A DNA stretch of 64,000 bases from Lysobacteraceae bacterium. GTDB taxonomy: Bacteria; Pseudomonadota; Gammaproteobacteria; Xanthomonadales; Rhodanobacteraceae. The number at the start of each line of letters is the position of its first letter. Position 1 is the stretch's first letter. The translations under genes were made by a program, and so were the position numbers. Of this stretch, positions 35,654-48,807 are shown piece by piece. Under the pieces are notes generated by a model. It did no database searches and was not told where the DNA came from. It was given only the letters and a program-made list of their open reading frames with translations. The stretch is from contig JBDZUX010000006.1 of NCBI GenBank assembly GCA_040255405.1, positions 3,862-67,861 of the forward strand, written 5' to 3'.

Positions 35654-36760
35654 GTGGACATGCAAACGGGCAGTGAAGCCACCGCCGAAGCCATCGATTT
35701 CGCCGCGCTCGCGCAGCGGATCAAGGCGTGGGGCGTGGAACTCGGGTTCGCAAAAATCGGCATCACCGGCGTCGACCTGCGCGAGGACGAAGCGCATCTG
35801 CAAGCATGGCTGGAACAGGGCCGCCACGGCAGCATGGACTACATGCAGCGGCACGGCAGCAAGCGCAGCCGTCCGGATGAACTGCAGCCCGGGACGGTGC
35901 GGGTGGTTTCCGCGCGCATGGATTACTTCCCGCGCGGCATGAACGCCGAGGCCGCATGGCAAACCCTCGCCGACAGCGAACGCGCGTACATCTCGCGCTA
36001 CGCACTCGGACGCGATTACCACAAGTTGATCCGCAGCCGCCTGCAGAAACTCGCCGATCGCATCGCCGGTGAGGTGGGCCCGTTCGGCTATCGCGCCTTC
36101 ACCGATTCCGCGCCCGTGATGGAAAAGGCGCTGGCACGCAACGCCGGACTCGGCTGGGTCGGCAAGCACACGCTGGTGCTCGATCGCGATGCGGGTTCGT
36201 GGTTCTTCCTCGGTGAGCTGTTCACGGACCTGCCGCTGCCGGTCGACCGACCTTCGACGGCCCACTGCGGCACCTGCACGCGTTGCATCGAGGTGTGTCC
36301 GACACAGGCGATCATCGGCCCGTACCAACTCGACGCGCGCCGCTGCATTTCCTACCTGACGATCGAATCGAAGGATGCGATTCCCGAAGACTTGCGTCCG
36401 CTGATGGGCAACCGCGTGTTCGGTTGCGACGACTGCCAGCTCGTGTGTCCGTGGAACAAATTCGCGAAGCCCACCCATGAAGAAGACTTTGCGCCGCGCC
36501 ACGGCCTCGGTGGCGCGAAGCTGGTGGAACTGTTCGCGTGGACCGAAGAAGAATTCCTGAAGAAGACCGAAGGCATGCCGATCCGCCGCGCGGGCTACGC
36601 AGGATTCTCGCGCAATGTCGCGGTGGCGCTCGGCAATGCACCCCATTCGGATGAAGTCATGGACGCACTCCGTGGGCGTGCTGATGACACCTCGCCGCTG
36701 GTGCGCGAACACGTGGCGTGGGCGCTGGCGCAACAAACAGCAAAGGAAGGCACGGCGTGA
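35654..36760 (+). CDS. queG: Epoxyqueuosine reductase
   Basis: The 4Fe-4S motifs are CGTCTRCIEVCPT and CDDCQLVCPWNKF. A HEAT-like C-terminus is present. The gene is divergent from nnr. Confidence 0.92.
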   Translation: MDMQTGSEATAEAIDFAALAQRIKAWGVELGFAKIGITGVDLREDEAHLQAWLEQGRHGSMDYMQRHGSKRSRPDELQPGTVRVVSARMDYFPRGMNAEAAWQTLADSERAYISRYALGRDYHKLIRSRLQKLADRIAGEVGPFGYRAFTDSAPVMEKALARNAGLGWVGKHTLVLDRDAGSWFFLGELFTDLPLPVDRPSTAHCGTCTRCIEVCPTQAIIGPYQLDARRCISYLTIESKDAIPEDLRPLMGNRVFGCDDCQLVCPWNKFAKPTHEEDFAPRHGLGGAKLVELFAWTEEEFLKKTEGMPIRRAGYAGFSRNVAVALGNAPHSDEVMDALRGRADDTSPLVREHVAWALAQQTAKEGTA

Positions 36761-37164
36761 GCCAGGAACCGGATCTGGTCACTCCGCCGCGCCTTGCGGC
36801 GGTGCTGGACGAACTGCGTCGGCGCGAACCGATCTTCCACCATCCGGGGTTCGGTACCTCGCGCGCCGACTACGCACGGATGACCGTGGACGACTTCTGG
36901 GAAATCGGCGCGTCCGGTCAACGCTACTCGCGCGAATACGTGCTCGACGTGCTGGAGGCGCGGCCGAGGGACCCCGTCCACGAATCGGATTGGGAGTCGC
37001 GGGACTTCCACGTCCGCGAACTCACGCCCGGCGTGTACCTGCTCACCTACACCCTGCGTCAGGGCACGCGGCTCACGCGCCGCAGCACGATCTGGCGGCG
37101 AGCGGGCGACGACTGGAAGATCGTATTCCACCAGGGAACCGTCGTGGCGGCTGATAACCCGTAA
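36757..37164 (+). CDS. DUF4440/SnoaL-like (NTF2-fold) protein
   Basis: The sequence is VSQEPDLVTPPRLAAVLDELRRREPIFHHP...WRRAGDDWKIVFHQGTVV. The GTG start overlaps the queG stop (GTGA). The track start 36718 lies inside queG. Confidence 0.65.
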   Translation: MSQEPDLVTPPRLAAVLDELRRREPIFHHPGFGTSRADYARMTVDDFWEIGASGQRYSREYVLDVLEARPRDPVHESDWESRDFHVRELTPGVYLLTYTLRQGTRLTRRSTIWRRAGDDWKIVFHQGTVVAADNP

Positions 37165-37300
37165 GGGCGGGAGTAGCGCAGCGGACCCCGCCGCATGAGC
37201 ACGAGGCTGGTTATCACCCGCCCTACCAAGGCACGCTGCAGCGGAGTCGCAGCGGTTCCCGTCGCATGACGAACACGGGCGGGTTGTCACCCGCCCTACC
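37161..37300. repeat. Cluster of GTAGGGCGGG-type palindromic (REP/BIME-like) units
   Basis: GTAAGGGCGGGAGTAGCGCAGCGGACCCCGCC is followed by two copies of CACCCGCCCTACC (37215-37227 and 37288-37300). The hairpin GGGCGGGTtgtcACCCGCCC is also present. The left half aligns with the 57427 element. Confidence 0.7.
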
Positions 37301-37390
37301 AAAGCCGACCACGAATGGCCGTTCCGGTTTCAACGTCTGCGCAGACGATATCCAGACAGCCGACGCGGCAGTCAGGACGATCGCTCGAAA

Positions 37391-37777
37391 TCAGGCGACC
37401 GCCATCTGCTTGGGAATCGAGTGGTTCGTGCGCGCGATGCGGTTGTTGGCGTCGACGTAGACCAGGTTCGGCTGGTGCTGCTCGGCCTCGACCGCGGTCA
37501 TGGACACGAACGCCGCGATGATCACGAGGTCGCCCGGTTGCGCGCGGTGCGCCGCGCTGCCGTTCACCGAAATGATGCCCGAGCCTTCTTCGGCGCGCAG
37601 CGCGTAGGTGACGAAGCGCTCGCCGTTGTTGACGTTCCACGCGTGGATCTGCTCGTACTCGCGAATGCCGGCGGCATCCAGCAGGTTGCCGTCGATTGCG
37701 ATCGAGCCTTCGTAGTGCAACTCCGCGTGGGTCACGGTCGCACGGTGGATCTTGGCTTTGAGCATGTTCAGTTGCAT
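37391..37777 (-). CDS. panD: Aspartate 1-decarboxylase
   Basis: [38 protein letters not shown] contains the G-S self-processing site. Confidence 0.95.
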   Translation of the reverse strand: MQLNMLKAKIHRATVTHAELHYEGSIAIDGNLLDAAGIREYEQIHAWNVNNGERFVTYALRAEEGSGIISVNGSAAHRAQPGDLVIIAAFVSMTAVEAEQHQPNLVYVDANNRIARTNHSIPKQMAVA

Positions 37778-37976
37778 GGATGCCTCCAGCGTCCATGTTG
37801 CCGAGTCCGCGCATTATAGCGGCTGACCGGCCGGTTTGCTGCGTTGCACAAGCGATATTGTGCGATCGTCCACGGTCGCTGCCCACGGCGACTGGTATCT
37901 GACATGGATACTTCAAACCCCATGGCGATCGGAACGGGCACCCTTGGCCCGACTTTCCGCAACGACCGCGTGCCCC

Positions 37977-38822
37977 TTACCCAAATTCGAGGTTGTCGAT
38001 CAACCGGGTGCTTCCCAGCCTGGCGGCCACCAGCGCCATCAGGCCGCTGCGCGCGTCGGCGTCGGGCATGCCCAGATCTTCCGCACGTCGCACCGCGGCG
38101 TAATCCGGTTCAAACCCGGCCCGCTCCAGGCGCCGCACCGCCGCGCCCTCGATGGCCTTGATCGCGTGGCCCTCCGCGAATGATTCGCGCATCCACTGCA
38201 GCGTTTCATGCAACTGCGGCGCACGTGCGCGCTGGTGCGCATCGAGATACCGGTTGCGCGACGACATCGCAAGGCCATCCGGCTCGCGCACGATCGGCGC
38301 CGCCATGACTTCGAGCGGCAGGCCGAGATCGCGCACCAGCCGCCGCACCACCAGCAACTGCTGCCAGTCCTTGGCCCCGAACACCGCGAGATCGGGCTCC
38401 ACCATCAGCAGCAATTTCGCCACCACCGTGGCGACGCCGTCGAAGTGCCCGGGCCGGTGCGCGCCTTCCAGCGTGTCGCCGATCTCCGGCACGTGGATGC
38501 GCAGCGCATGGTCGGGCCCGAACGGGTACATGGTTTCGACCGTGGGCGCGAACAGCAAATCACAGTTGTGTTCGACCAGCCCCACGCTGTCCTCGGCCAG
38601 CGTGCGCGGGTAGCGGCTGTAGTCTTCGTTCGGTCCGAATTGGGTGGGGTTGACGAATACGCTGGCCACCACGCGCTCGGCATGCCGGCGTGCCAGTTCC
38701 ACCAGCGAGTAGTGGCCCGCGTGCAGGTTGCCCATGGTCGGCACGAACGCGACGCGCTGGCCGTCCTTCTTCCAGGCCTGCACCACGGCACGCAGCGAAC
38801 GGGGATCGGCGACGGTACGCAC
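37977..38822 (-). CDS. panC: Pantoate--beta-alanine ligase
   Basis: The N-terminus is (V)RTVADPRSLRAVVQAWKKDGQRVAFVPTMGNLHAGHYSLV. GTG 38822 lies 5 nt after the panB stop. The upstream part of the track ORF (to 39272) overlaps panB out of frame. Confidence 0.9.
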   Translation of the reverse strand: MRTVADPRSLRAVVQAWKKDGQRVAFVPTMGNLHAGHYSLVELARRHAERVVASVFVNPTQFGPNEDYSRYPRTLAEDSVGLVEHNCDLLFAPTVETMYPFGPDHALRIHVPEIGDTLEGAHRPGHFDGVATVVAKLLLMVEPDLAVFGAKDWQQLLVVRRLVRDLGLPLEVMAAPIVREPDGLAMSSRNRYLDAHQRARAPQLHETLQWMRESFAEGHAIKAIEGAAVRRLERAGFEPDYAAVRRAEDLGMPDADARSGLMALVAARLGSTRLIDNLEFG

Positions 38823-38827
38823 CCGGG

Positions 38828-39658
38828 TCAGCCCGCGATCTGTTCCGGGCCCGGAAACCGGCCCGCGCGCACGTCTTCCGCGTACGCCTCGATCGCCTCG
38901 CGGATCGAGCCACGCCCGGCCAGGTAATCCTTGCTGAACTTCGGCCGCCGTCCCGGCGTGATGCCCAGCATGTCGTAAGTGACCAGCACCTGGCCATCGC
39001 AGTCCGCACCCGCGCCAATGCCGATGGTGGGAATCGACAGTTCGCGGGTGATCTCGCCGGCGAGCGCGGCCGGCACCGATTCCAGCACCAGCAATTCCGC
39101 GCCCGCGTGTTCGACCGCGCGTGCCTCCGCACGCAGGCGCGCGGCGCCGTCCTCGGTCTTGCCCTGCATCCGGTAGCCGCCCATCTTGTGCACCGACTGC
39201 GGGGTCAGGCCAAGGTGCGCACACACGGGAATGTCGCGGGTGGTCAGTGCCGCGATGACCTCGCATGTCCACGGGGCGCCGCCCTCCAGCTTCACCATCG
39301 CGGCGCCGCCTTCGGCGATCAGGCGGGCCGAAGCCGCCAGCGCAATGGCCGGATCGCGATACTGCATGAACGGCAGGTCGACCACCTGCAGCGTGCTGGC
39401 GAGCCCCCGCGCGACCAGCGAAGCGTGATACACCATGTGGTCCAGCGTCACGGGCACCGTGCTGGTTTGCCCCTGGACCACGTTGCCCAGCGAATCGCCG
39501 ACCAGCGCCACGTCCACGCCCGCGGCTTCCATGTGCGCGGCGAAACTGGCGTCGTAACAGGTCAGCACCACGATCTTCTCGCCGCGCGCCTTCATCGCGC
39601 GCAGGCCGGGCACGGTCACGGGTTTGCGTTTGGGTGCGTCGGCAGGCTGGGCGTACAT
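38828..39658 (-). CDS. panB: 3-methyl-2-oxobutanoate hydroxymethyltransferase
   Basis: The sequence is MYAQPADAPKRKPVTVPGLRAMKARGEKIVVLTCYDASFAAHMEAAGVDVALVGDSLGNVVQG. Confidence 0.93.
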   Translation of the reverse strand: MYAQPADAPKRKPVTVPGLRAMKARGEKIVVLTCYDASFAAHMEAAGVDVALVGDSLGNVVQGQTSTVPVTLDHMVYHASLVARGLASTLQVVDLPFMQYRDPAIALAASARLIAEGGAAMVKLEGGAPWTCEVIAALTTRDIPVCAHLGLTPQSVHKMGGYRMQGKTEDGAARLRAEARAVEHAGAELLVLESVPAALAGEITRELSIPTIGIGAGADCDGQVLVTYDMLGITPGRRPKFSKDYLAGRGSIREAIEAYAEDVRAGRFPGPEQIAG

Positions 39659-39821
39659 GCGGGCGCTCCTCGGAAACGCCGGATTATCGCCGTTCCGCGG
39701 TTTGCCGCCAACTGCGTCGCCAGGAACGGCGGTCGCGGCCTGGACCACCAGGCACCGCCGACTCGGTTTCGTTCCGGGTTGCTGCCCAACTCCACGGCCG
39801 GGCGAGCATGCCCGGTCGCCT

Positions 39822-41438
39822 TCAATGTGCCCGCAAGTCGCGCATCCTGAAACCGGTTCCATACAGCGCGAGCACGTAAGCCACGCCGCCCGCGCACACC
39901 AACGCCACCAGTTTCCAGATGCGGGTGATGATCCGTTCGTGCGTCCATTCCTGCCAGGGCCAGAACCACAGTCCGACGCCCACCACGACGACCAGCGCCG
40001 CGCAGGCCAGCCCGATCCTCAGCCAGTGCCGGGCCCAACCGGGTTGTGGGGTATAGGCGCCGCTGCGCTTCAGGTACCGCCACAGCAACCCGAATTGCAG
40101 GTAATTGGAAACCGAGCTCGCGATCGCCATCCCGAGATGCAACCCCGGCACCTGCGCGATGCCTTCCAGCCATGCCAGGTGTTTCGACGTTGCCGGGGCC
40201 CACAGCTCGAACAGCAGCGCGATCAACGCAAAATTGAACACCATGTTGACGACCAGCGCGATCACGCCCGCACGCACCGGCGTCTTGGTGTCCTGCCGGG
40301 AATAGAAGGCCGGCAGCAGCGTGCGCGTCAACGCGATTGCCGGCACGCCCGCGGCCAGGCCCATGATCGCGATCGCGGTCATGTGGCTGTCGAACGCGGT
40401 GAATTGTCCGTTCTGGAAACACGCCGCCACCGCCGGCTCGGCCAACAGCAGCAAGCCGAACATCGCCGGCAGCGCGATCAACAAGGTGGTCCGCAATCCC
40501 CAGTCCAGCGATCGCGAGAACCCCTCGCGATCGGCACTGACGTGATGGCGCGACAACGCCGGCAGGATCACCGTGCCGAGCGCGACCCCGAACACGCCCA
40601 ACGGCAATTCCAGGAATCGCGTCGCTTGCGCCAGCCAGGTCTGCGAACCCGTGATGAGCAACGACGCAACGGCCGTGTCCAGCAGCAGGTTGATCTGCGC
40701 CACCGATGAACCAAACAGCGTCGGCAGCATCAGCCGCATGATCTGGCGCACGCGCGGATGGTTCCAGCCCCAGCGCGGCAGCGTCAGCAGGTCGAGGCGC
40801 CGCACCGCCGGCAGCAGGAACAGCAACTGCAGGATGCCCGCGATCAGCACCGCCCAACCCAGCGACTCGATCGGCACTGCGAGCTGTTTCGCACCCCAGA
40901 GTGCGCCCGCGATCAGGCACAGGTTGAGGATCACCGGGGCGAGCGCCGGCAACGCGAACTTGTGGAAACTGTTGAGGATGCCGCCGCAGAGCGCGGTCAG
41001 CGACACGAACAGGAGATAGGGAAACGTCAGCCGCAGCAGCTTGATGGTGAGGTCGAACTTGTGCGGCTGGTCCAGCGAACCGGGCGCGAAACCCGTCGCC
41101 ACCTGCGGCGCGAAAATGATCCCCAGCGCCACGATCACCAGCAATACGCCCCCAAGCGTGCCGGCGACGCGCGCGGTCAGTTCCTTCAGGTCCGCATGGC
41201 TGCCGGTTTCCTTGACCTCGGTGAACACCGGCACGAACGCGGTCGAAAACGAACCCTCCGCGAACAGTCGGCGCATGAAATTGGGGACCCGGAACGCGAC
41301 CCAGAACGCGTCGGTGGCGGCGCTGACGCCGAACACATGGGTAATGGCGATGTCGCGCGCAAGCCCCAGCAGCCGCGAAATCATGGTCATGCTGCTGAAC
41401 GAGAACACCCCGCGCAGCAGACTGGGCGGGCGGGTCAT
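39822..41438 (-). CDS. murJ: Lipid II flippase MurJ (MviN)
   Basis: The N-terminus is MISRLLGLARDIAITHVFGVSAATDAFWVAFRVPNFMRRLFAEGSFSTAFVPVF. The protein is polytopic. Confidence 0.93.
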   Translation of the reverse strand: MTRPPSLLRGVFSFSSMTMISRLLGLARDIAITHVFGVSAATDAFWVAFRVPNFMRRLFAEGSFSTAFVPVFTEVKETGSHADLKELTARVAGTLGGVLLVIVALGIIFAPQVATGFAPGSLDQPHKFDLTIKLLRLTFPYLLFVSLTALCGGILNSFHKFALPALAPVILNLCLIAGALWGAKQLAVPIESLGWAVLIAGILQLLFLLPAVRRLDLLTLPRWGWNHPRVRQIMRLMLPTLFGSSVAQINLLLDTAVASLLITGSQTWLAQATRFLELPLGVFGVALGTVILPALSRHHVSADREGFSRSLDWGLRTTLLIALPAMFGLLLLAEPAVAACFQNGQFTAFDSHMTAIAIMGLAAGVPAIALTRTLLPAFYSRQDTKTPVRAGVIALVVNMVFNFALIALLFELWAPATSKHLAWLEGIAQVPGLHLGMAIASSVSNYLQFGLLWRYLKRSGAYTPQPGWARHWLRIGLACAALVVVVGVGLWFWPWQEWTHERIITRIWKLVALVCAGGVAYVLALYGTGFRMRDLRAH

Positions 41439-41440
41439 GC

Positions 41441-41529
41441 GGGGAAACCGGGGTCAGAGTGCAATTTCGGACAAGACACCGGAAAATCGCAGGGCCAGCC
41501 CGAAATTGCACTCTGACCCCTGCCTCCGG
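41441..41529. repeat. REPIN/MITE-like inverted-repeat element, copy A
   Basis: GGGGAAACCGGGGTCAGAGTGCAATTTCGG is separated by a variable core of about 30 nt from CCGAAATTGCACTCTGACCCC. It lies in the murJ/rpsT divergent region. Confidence 0.8.
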
Positions 41530-41608
41530 TCCCTGAAGGATTGACTGGAGTCCGCAATCCCGCGATACTTGCCGGCTTCGTTCCGCCGTTATTTTCCGGA
41601 GTCACCCC

Positions 41609-41872
41609 GTGGCAAACATCCAGTCCGCCAAGAAACGCGCCCGCCAGGCCGAAGTGCACAACATGCGCAATGCCAGCCAGCGTTCGATGCTGCGCTCGTC
41701 GATCCGCAAGGTGCTGAAGGCCATCGAAGCCAAGGACAAGGCCGGCGCCGAAGCTGCGTACAAGGCCGCCGAACCGGTGCTGGATCGCTACGCCAGCCGC
41801 GGCCTGATCCACAAGAACAAGGCCGCCCGCCACAAGAGCCGCCTCACCGCGCACATCAAGGCGATCGCCTGA
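41609..41872 (+). CDS. rpsT: 30S ribosomal protein S20
   Basis: (GTG)[26 protein letters not shown] is the N-terminus, with GGAG upstream. Confidence 0.95.
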   Translation: MANIQSAKKRARQAEVHNMRNASQRSMLRSSIRKVLKAIEAKDKAGAEAAYKAAEPVLDRYASRGLIHKNKAARHKSRLTAHIKAIA

Positions 41873-41900
41873 GCCGTCGCTGCAAACAGTCTCTTCGAAA

Positions 41901-41925
41901 AAGCCGGCGCCAGCCGGCTTTTTTG
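41901..41925 (+). terminator. Rho-independent terminator of rpsT
   Basis: AGCCGGC-gcca-GCCGGCT is followed by TTTTTG. Confidence 0.8.
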
Positions 41926-42032
41926 CGGCAGCCAGACCCACCCGATGCTTGCAGGGGCGCGTCTGCGCGCGACTGGTCCGGCATGCTGTCCGCGCGCGCG
42001 TCCTGCCGTCCGGGTCGCCGGTGGGCCGGCTC

Positions 42033-43262
<1,230 letters not shown>

Positions 43263-43265
43263 AAT

Positions 43266-43293
43266 ACGAAAAGCCCCGCGCGAAGCGGGGCCT
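43266..43293 (-). terminator. Rho-independent terminator/attenuator after rpmA
   Basis: On the minus strand GCCCCGC-ttcgc-GCGGGGC is followed by TTTTCG. Confidence 0.65.
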
Positions 43294-43317
43294 TCCGGAT
43301 TCGATGCGGCGCGCGCG

Positions 43318-43575
43318 TCAACCAGTGACCACGTTCACCGTGCGCTGGCGCTTGGGGCCTTTGACGGAAAACTCCACCTTGCCATCGACCAGCGCGAACA
43401 GCGTGTGGTCGCGACCGAGGCCGACCCCGACGCCCGGATGAAACTGGGTGCCGCGCTGACGCACGATGATGTTGCCGGCTTCGACGGCCTGGCCGCCGAA
43501 CAACTTGACGCCGAGGTATTTCGGGTTGGAGTCGCGGCCGTTGCGCGAGGAACCTACGCCCTTTTTGTGTGCCAT
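43318..43575 (-). CDS. rpmA: 50S ribosomal protein L27
   Basis: The N-terminus is [24 protein letters not shown]. Confidence 0.97.
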   Translation of the reverse strand: MAHKKGVGSSRNGRDSNPKYLGVKLFGGQAVEAGNIIVRQRGTQFHPGVGVGLGRDHTLFALVDGKVEFSVKGPKRQRTVNVVTG

Positions 43576-43587
43576 GGCGGCTTCTCC

Positions 43588-43908
43588 TTACTTGCTGCCA
43601 CCGGCGATGCCGGTGATCTCGATTTCGGTGTAGTGCTGCCGATGGCCCATCTGCTTGCGATGATGCTTGCGGCGGCGGAATTTCACGATGCGCACCTTGT
43701 CGGCACGGCCGTGGCTGCGCACCTTGGCGGTGACGCTGGCGCCCGCGACGGTGGGCGCACCGACGGTGACGCCCTCGCCTTCACCGACCAGCAACACCTG
43801 GTCGAAGGTGACCGCGGCATCGGGTTCGGCATCCAGTTTCTCGACGCGAAGGACTGCGCCCTGCTCGACGCGGTACTGGTGACCGCCGGTGAGAATGACT
43901 GCGTACAT
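43588..43908 (-). CDS. rplU: 50S ribosomal protein L21
   Basis: The sequence is [25 protein letters not shown]...[15 protein letters not shown]. Confidence 0.97.
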   Translation of the reverse strand: MYAVILTGGHQYRVEQGAVLRVEKLDAEPDAAVTFDQVLLVGEGEGVTVGAPTVAGASVTAKVRSHGRADKVRIVKFRRRKHHRKQMGHRQHYTEIEITGIAGGSK

Positions 43909-44062
43909 GATGGTGACTCTCTGGTTCTGTCGTTATTCTGGGTGGCTCGGGCGCGATCACTCACGCGCGAACCTACAATTCTAGCGTGATTTCATGGAAT
44001 CGGGCAAGCGGCGACCTTGCCCACCCACGAAGCCGCAGGTTGGGCTGATCCCGCTTCATCGG

Positions 44063-44155
44063 AGCGGAAACCGGGGTCAGAGTGCAATTTTGCCGGGAGC
44101 ATCGCATTGCTGTCCGGTTGCCGCCCAAAATTGCACTCTGACCCCGGTTTCGCGG
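44063..44155. repeat. REPIN/MITE-like element, copy C
   Basis: GCGGAAACCGGGGTCAGAGTGCAATTTTG is paired with CAAAATTGCACTCTGACCCCGGTTTCGC. It lies in the rplU/uvrA divergent region. Confidence 0.8.
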
Positions 44156-44230
44156 CCATCGAAAACTGGCGATGCAAACCCCACATCGGGCGGGTCGCTA
44201 TAGTAATGGGCTTTGTCGCCCGCATCCCCC

Positions 44231-47098
<2,868 letters not shown>

Positions 47099-47193
47099 CC
47101 GGTTAGGCAGCCAACCGGCATATTCTTCTTGTCGTCGTGCGGGGCCCAACGTCGGCTCCATCGACGATGGAACCTGGAATCCATTTTCAACCG

Positions 47194-47237
47194 ATTCCGG
47201 GTTCTGCCCGCAAACAGCGCGGGCAGCCCCGGAATGA
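47194..47237. repeat. REP-type hairpin (same family as 9705-9747, opposite orientation)
   Basis: The sequence is attccgggttctgcccgcaaacagcgcgggcagccccggaatga. Its reverse complement differs from 9705-9747 at 3 positions. Confidence 0.7.
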
Positions 47238-47283
47238 CGATCATTGTTGTTGGTGCTTGGTCCCAAGGAAGAGTTTCGTCCAC

Positions 47284-47877
47284 ATGACCGAAGAAAAGAA
47301 AGCCAATCCGACCAAACGCGCACCGCGCAAACGCGGCAAGGCGAAATCACAGCCGCGCAGCGCGGATATGGCGCAGCGAACTGCCGGCGGGTCGGCGATC
47401 CAGCCGCGGGCGGATGCGCCGCAGCAGGCACGCACCCAGCCCGCGGAAGCGGCGCCGACCCGGGAATCGAACGCGTCACGCGTCCTTGCCGCCATTCCCT
47501 TGCACGTGCGCTGGCGCGACCTCGACGCGTTCAACCACGTCAACAATTCGTCGTACCTGACGTTCCTCGAAGAATCGCGCCTGCAATGGCTGCGCACCGT
47601 GCCGGGCGAATGGTTCACCGAGCACGCCATGCCGGTGATGGCGGCGGTCGAATTGCACTATCGCAAGCCGATCGCATGGCCCGCCGAAATCGATGTGCTG
47701 CTTTCCTGCGAACGGCTCGGCAATTCGTCGGTGACCATCGGCAACCGCATCGTCGCCCGCAACGATCATGCCTGCGTGTACGCCGACGGCAACGTGGTGA
47801 TGGTGTGGGTCGATCCCGCGACCGGCGCTTCGGTGCCGTTGCCGGATGCGATCCGGAACGCCTGCTCCTCTTCGTAG
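47284..47877 (+). CDS. Acyl-CoA thioesterase (4HBT/YbgC hotdog fold) with a basic low-complexity N-terminal extension
   Basis: The hotdog core is IPLHVRWRDLDAFNHVNNSSYLTFLEESRLQWL...AVELHYRKPIAWP. It is preceded by MTEEKKANPTKRAPRKRGKAKSQPRSADMAQRTAGG... of about 60 aa. Confidence 0.75.
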   Translation: MTEEKKANPTKRAPRKRGKAKSQPRSADMAQRTAGGSAIQPRADAPQQARTQPAEAAPTRESNASRVLAAIPLHVRWRDLDAFNHVNNSSYLTFLEESRLQWLRTVPGEWFTEHAMPVMAAVELHYRKPIAWPAEIDVLLSCERLGNSSVTIGNRIVARNDHACVYADGNVVMVWVDPATGASVPLPDAIRNACSSS

Positions 47878-47903
47878 GAGCGGGCCTGCAAACAGCGTCG
47901 CCA

Positions 47904-48599
47904 TTACGTTCGTGCGTCGTGTTGTTCTTCCAGCGTCAACGCGACCTTGTCGCGCAGGTATACCGGCAGCGCCTGTTCCGGCGGCACCCCTTTCCCGGCG
48001 GCGAATAATGGCGCGGCCAGGAGCGCGACATCCCGCGCTTGCGGGTAGCGATCCCCGTCAACCCAGCGTGGCGGCGACGGCAAATGTTCGCGGATCACAT
48101 CGCCGTACGCGCTCCAGCCGGTACCTAGCACGTTCCAGGCTTCCGCTTCGGGCAGTTCCAGGGCAGACGCGGCGAGTACGCGCTCGCGATCGATTGCTTC
48201 CACCCGATCGTCGGCATTGAAACGAAACGCCCCTGCGTAGATTTCCTGGCGGCGCGCGTCGATCGCGGCGAGGATCGCAGCGCCGTTCTTCGGTGCCTGC
48301 ATCGCCAGCGTGGCCAGCGACGAGACCGGCACCACCGGCAGATCCAGCGCCAGCGCCAGTCCCTGCGCCACCGAGATCGCGAGGCGAACGCCGGTGAACG
48401 CCCCCGGCCCCTGGCCCACCGCGATCGCGTCGAGTTGGCTGCGCGTAATGCCTGCATCGGCCAGCAAGTCTTCCGCCATCGGCAATACCAGTTCCGCGTG
48501 GCGGCGCGGCGCCAGTTCGGTGCGGTCGATCAACGCGCCGTCGTGCAGCAACGCGACCGAGCAGGCTTCCGTCGCGGTTTCGATGGCCAACAGGTTCAT
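47904..48599 (-). CDS. tsaB: tRNA t6A37 biosynthesis protein TsaB
   Basis: The sequence is MNLLAIETATEACSVALLHDG...AVGQGPGAFTGVRLAISVAQGLA. ATG 48599 was chosen. Confidence 0.9.
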   Translation of the reverse strand: MNLLAIETATEACSVALLHDGALIDRTELAPRRHAELVLPMAEDLLADAGITRSQLDAIAVGQGPGAFTGVRLAISVAQGLALALDLPVVPVSSLATLAMQAPKNGAAILAAIDARRQEIYAGAFRFNADDRVEAIDRERVLAASALELPEAEAWNVLGTGWSAYGDVIREHLPSPPRWVDGDRYPQARDVALLAAPLFAAGKGVPPEQALPVYLRDKVALTLEEQHDART

Positions 48600-48807
48600 C
48601 GGCGCATTGTCGCAGAACCGCCGCACGTCGGGATTCACGTCGATCGCGGCATCGAGCAGGTGCGGCTCTGGCTGAGGTCGGGGGAACAGCGACCCGGATC
48701 GCCGCAGGGCAGGTCTTCCCCTGACATCGCGAGGCACCAAGCGCGGCACGGAGATGCAACGTCCGCGCATCGCCTTCCAAGCAACGGACGGCCTTCAGGC
48801 GGTCATG

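Noticed and set aside
43909-44230. SOS (LexA) boxes upstream of uvrA, uvrB (24097-24234) and dinG/yoaA (50728-50804).
   Set aside because: I looked for palindromes of the TTAG...CTAA / CTGT-N8-ACAG types and found no convincing match. The only palindrome near uvrB (GCTGACAAcccTTGTCAGC) does not resemble known LexA sites.
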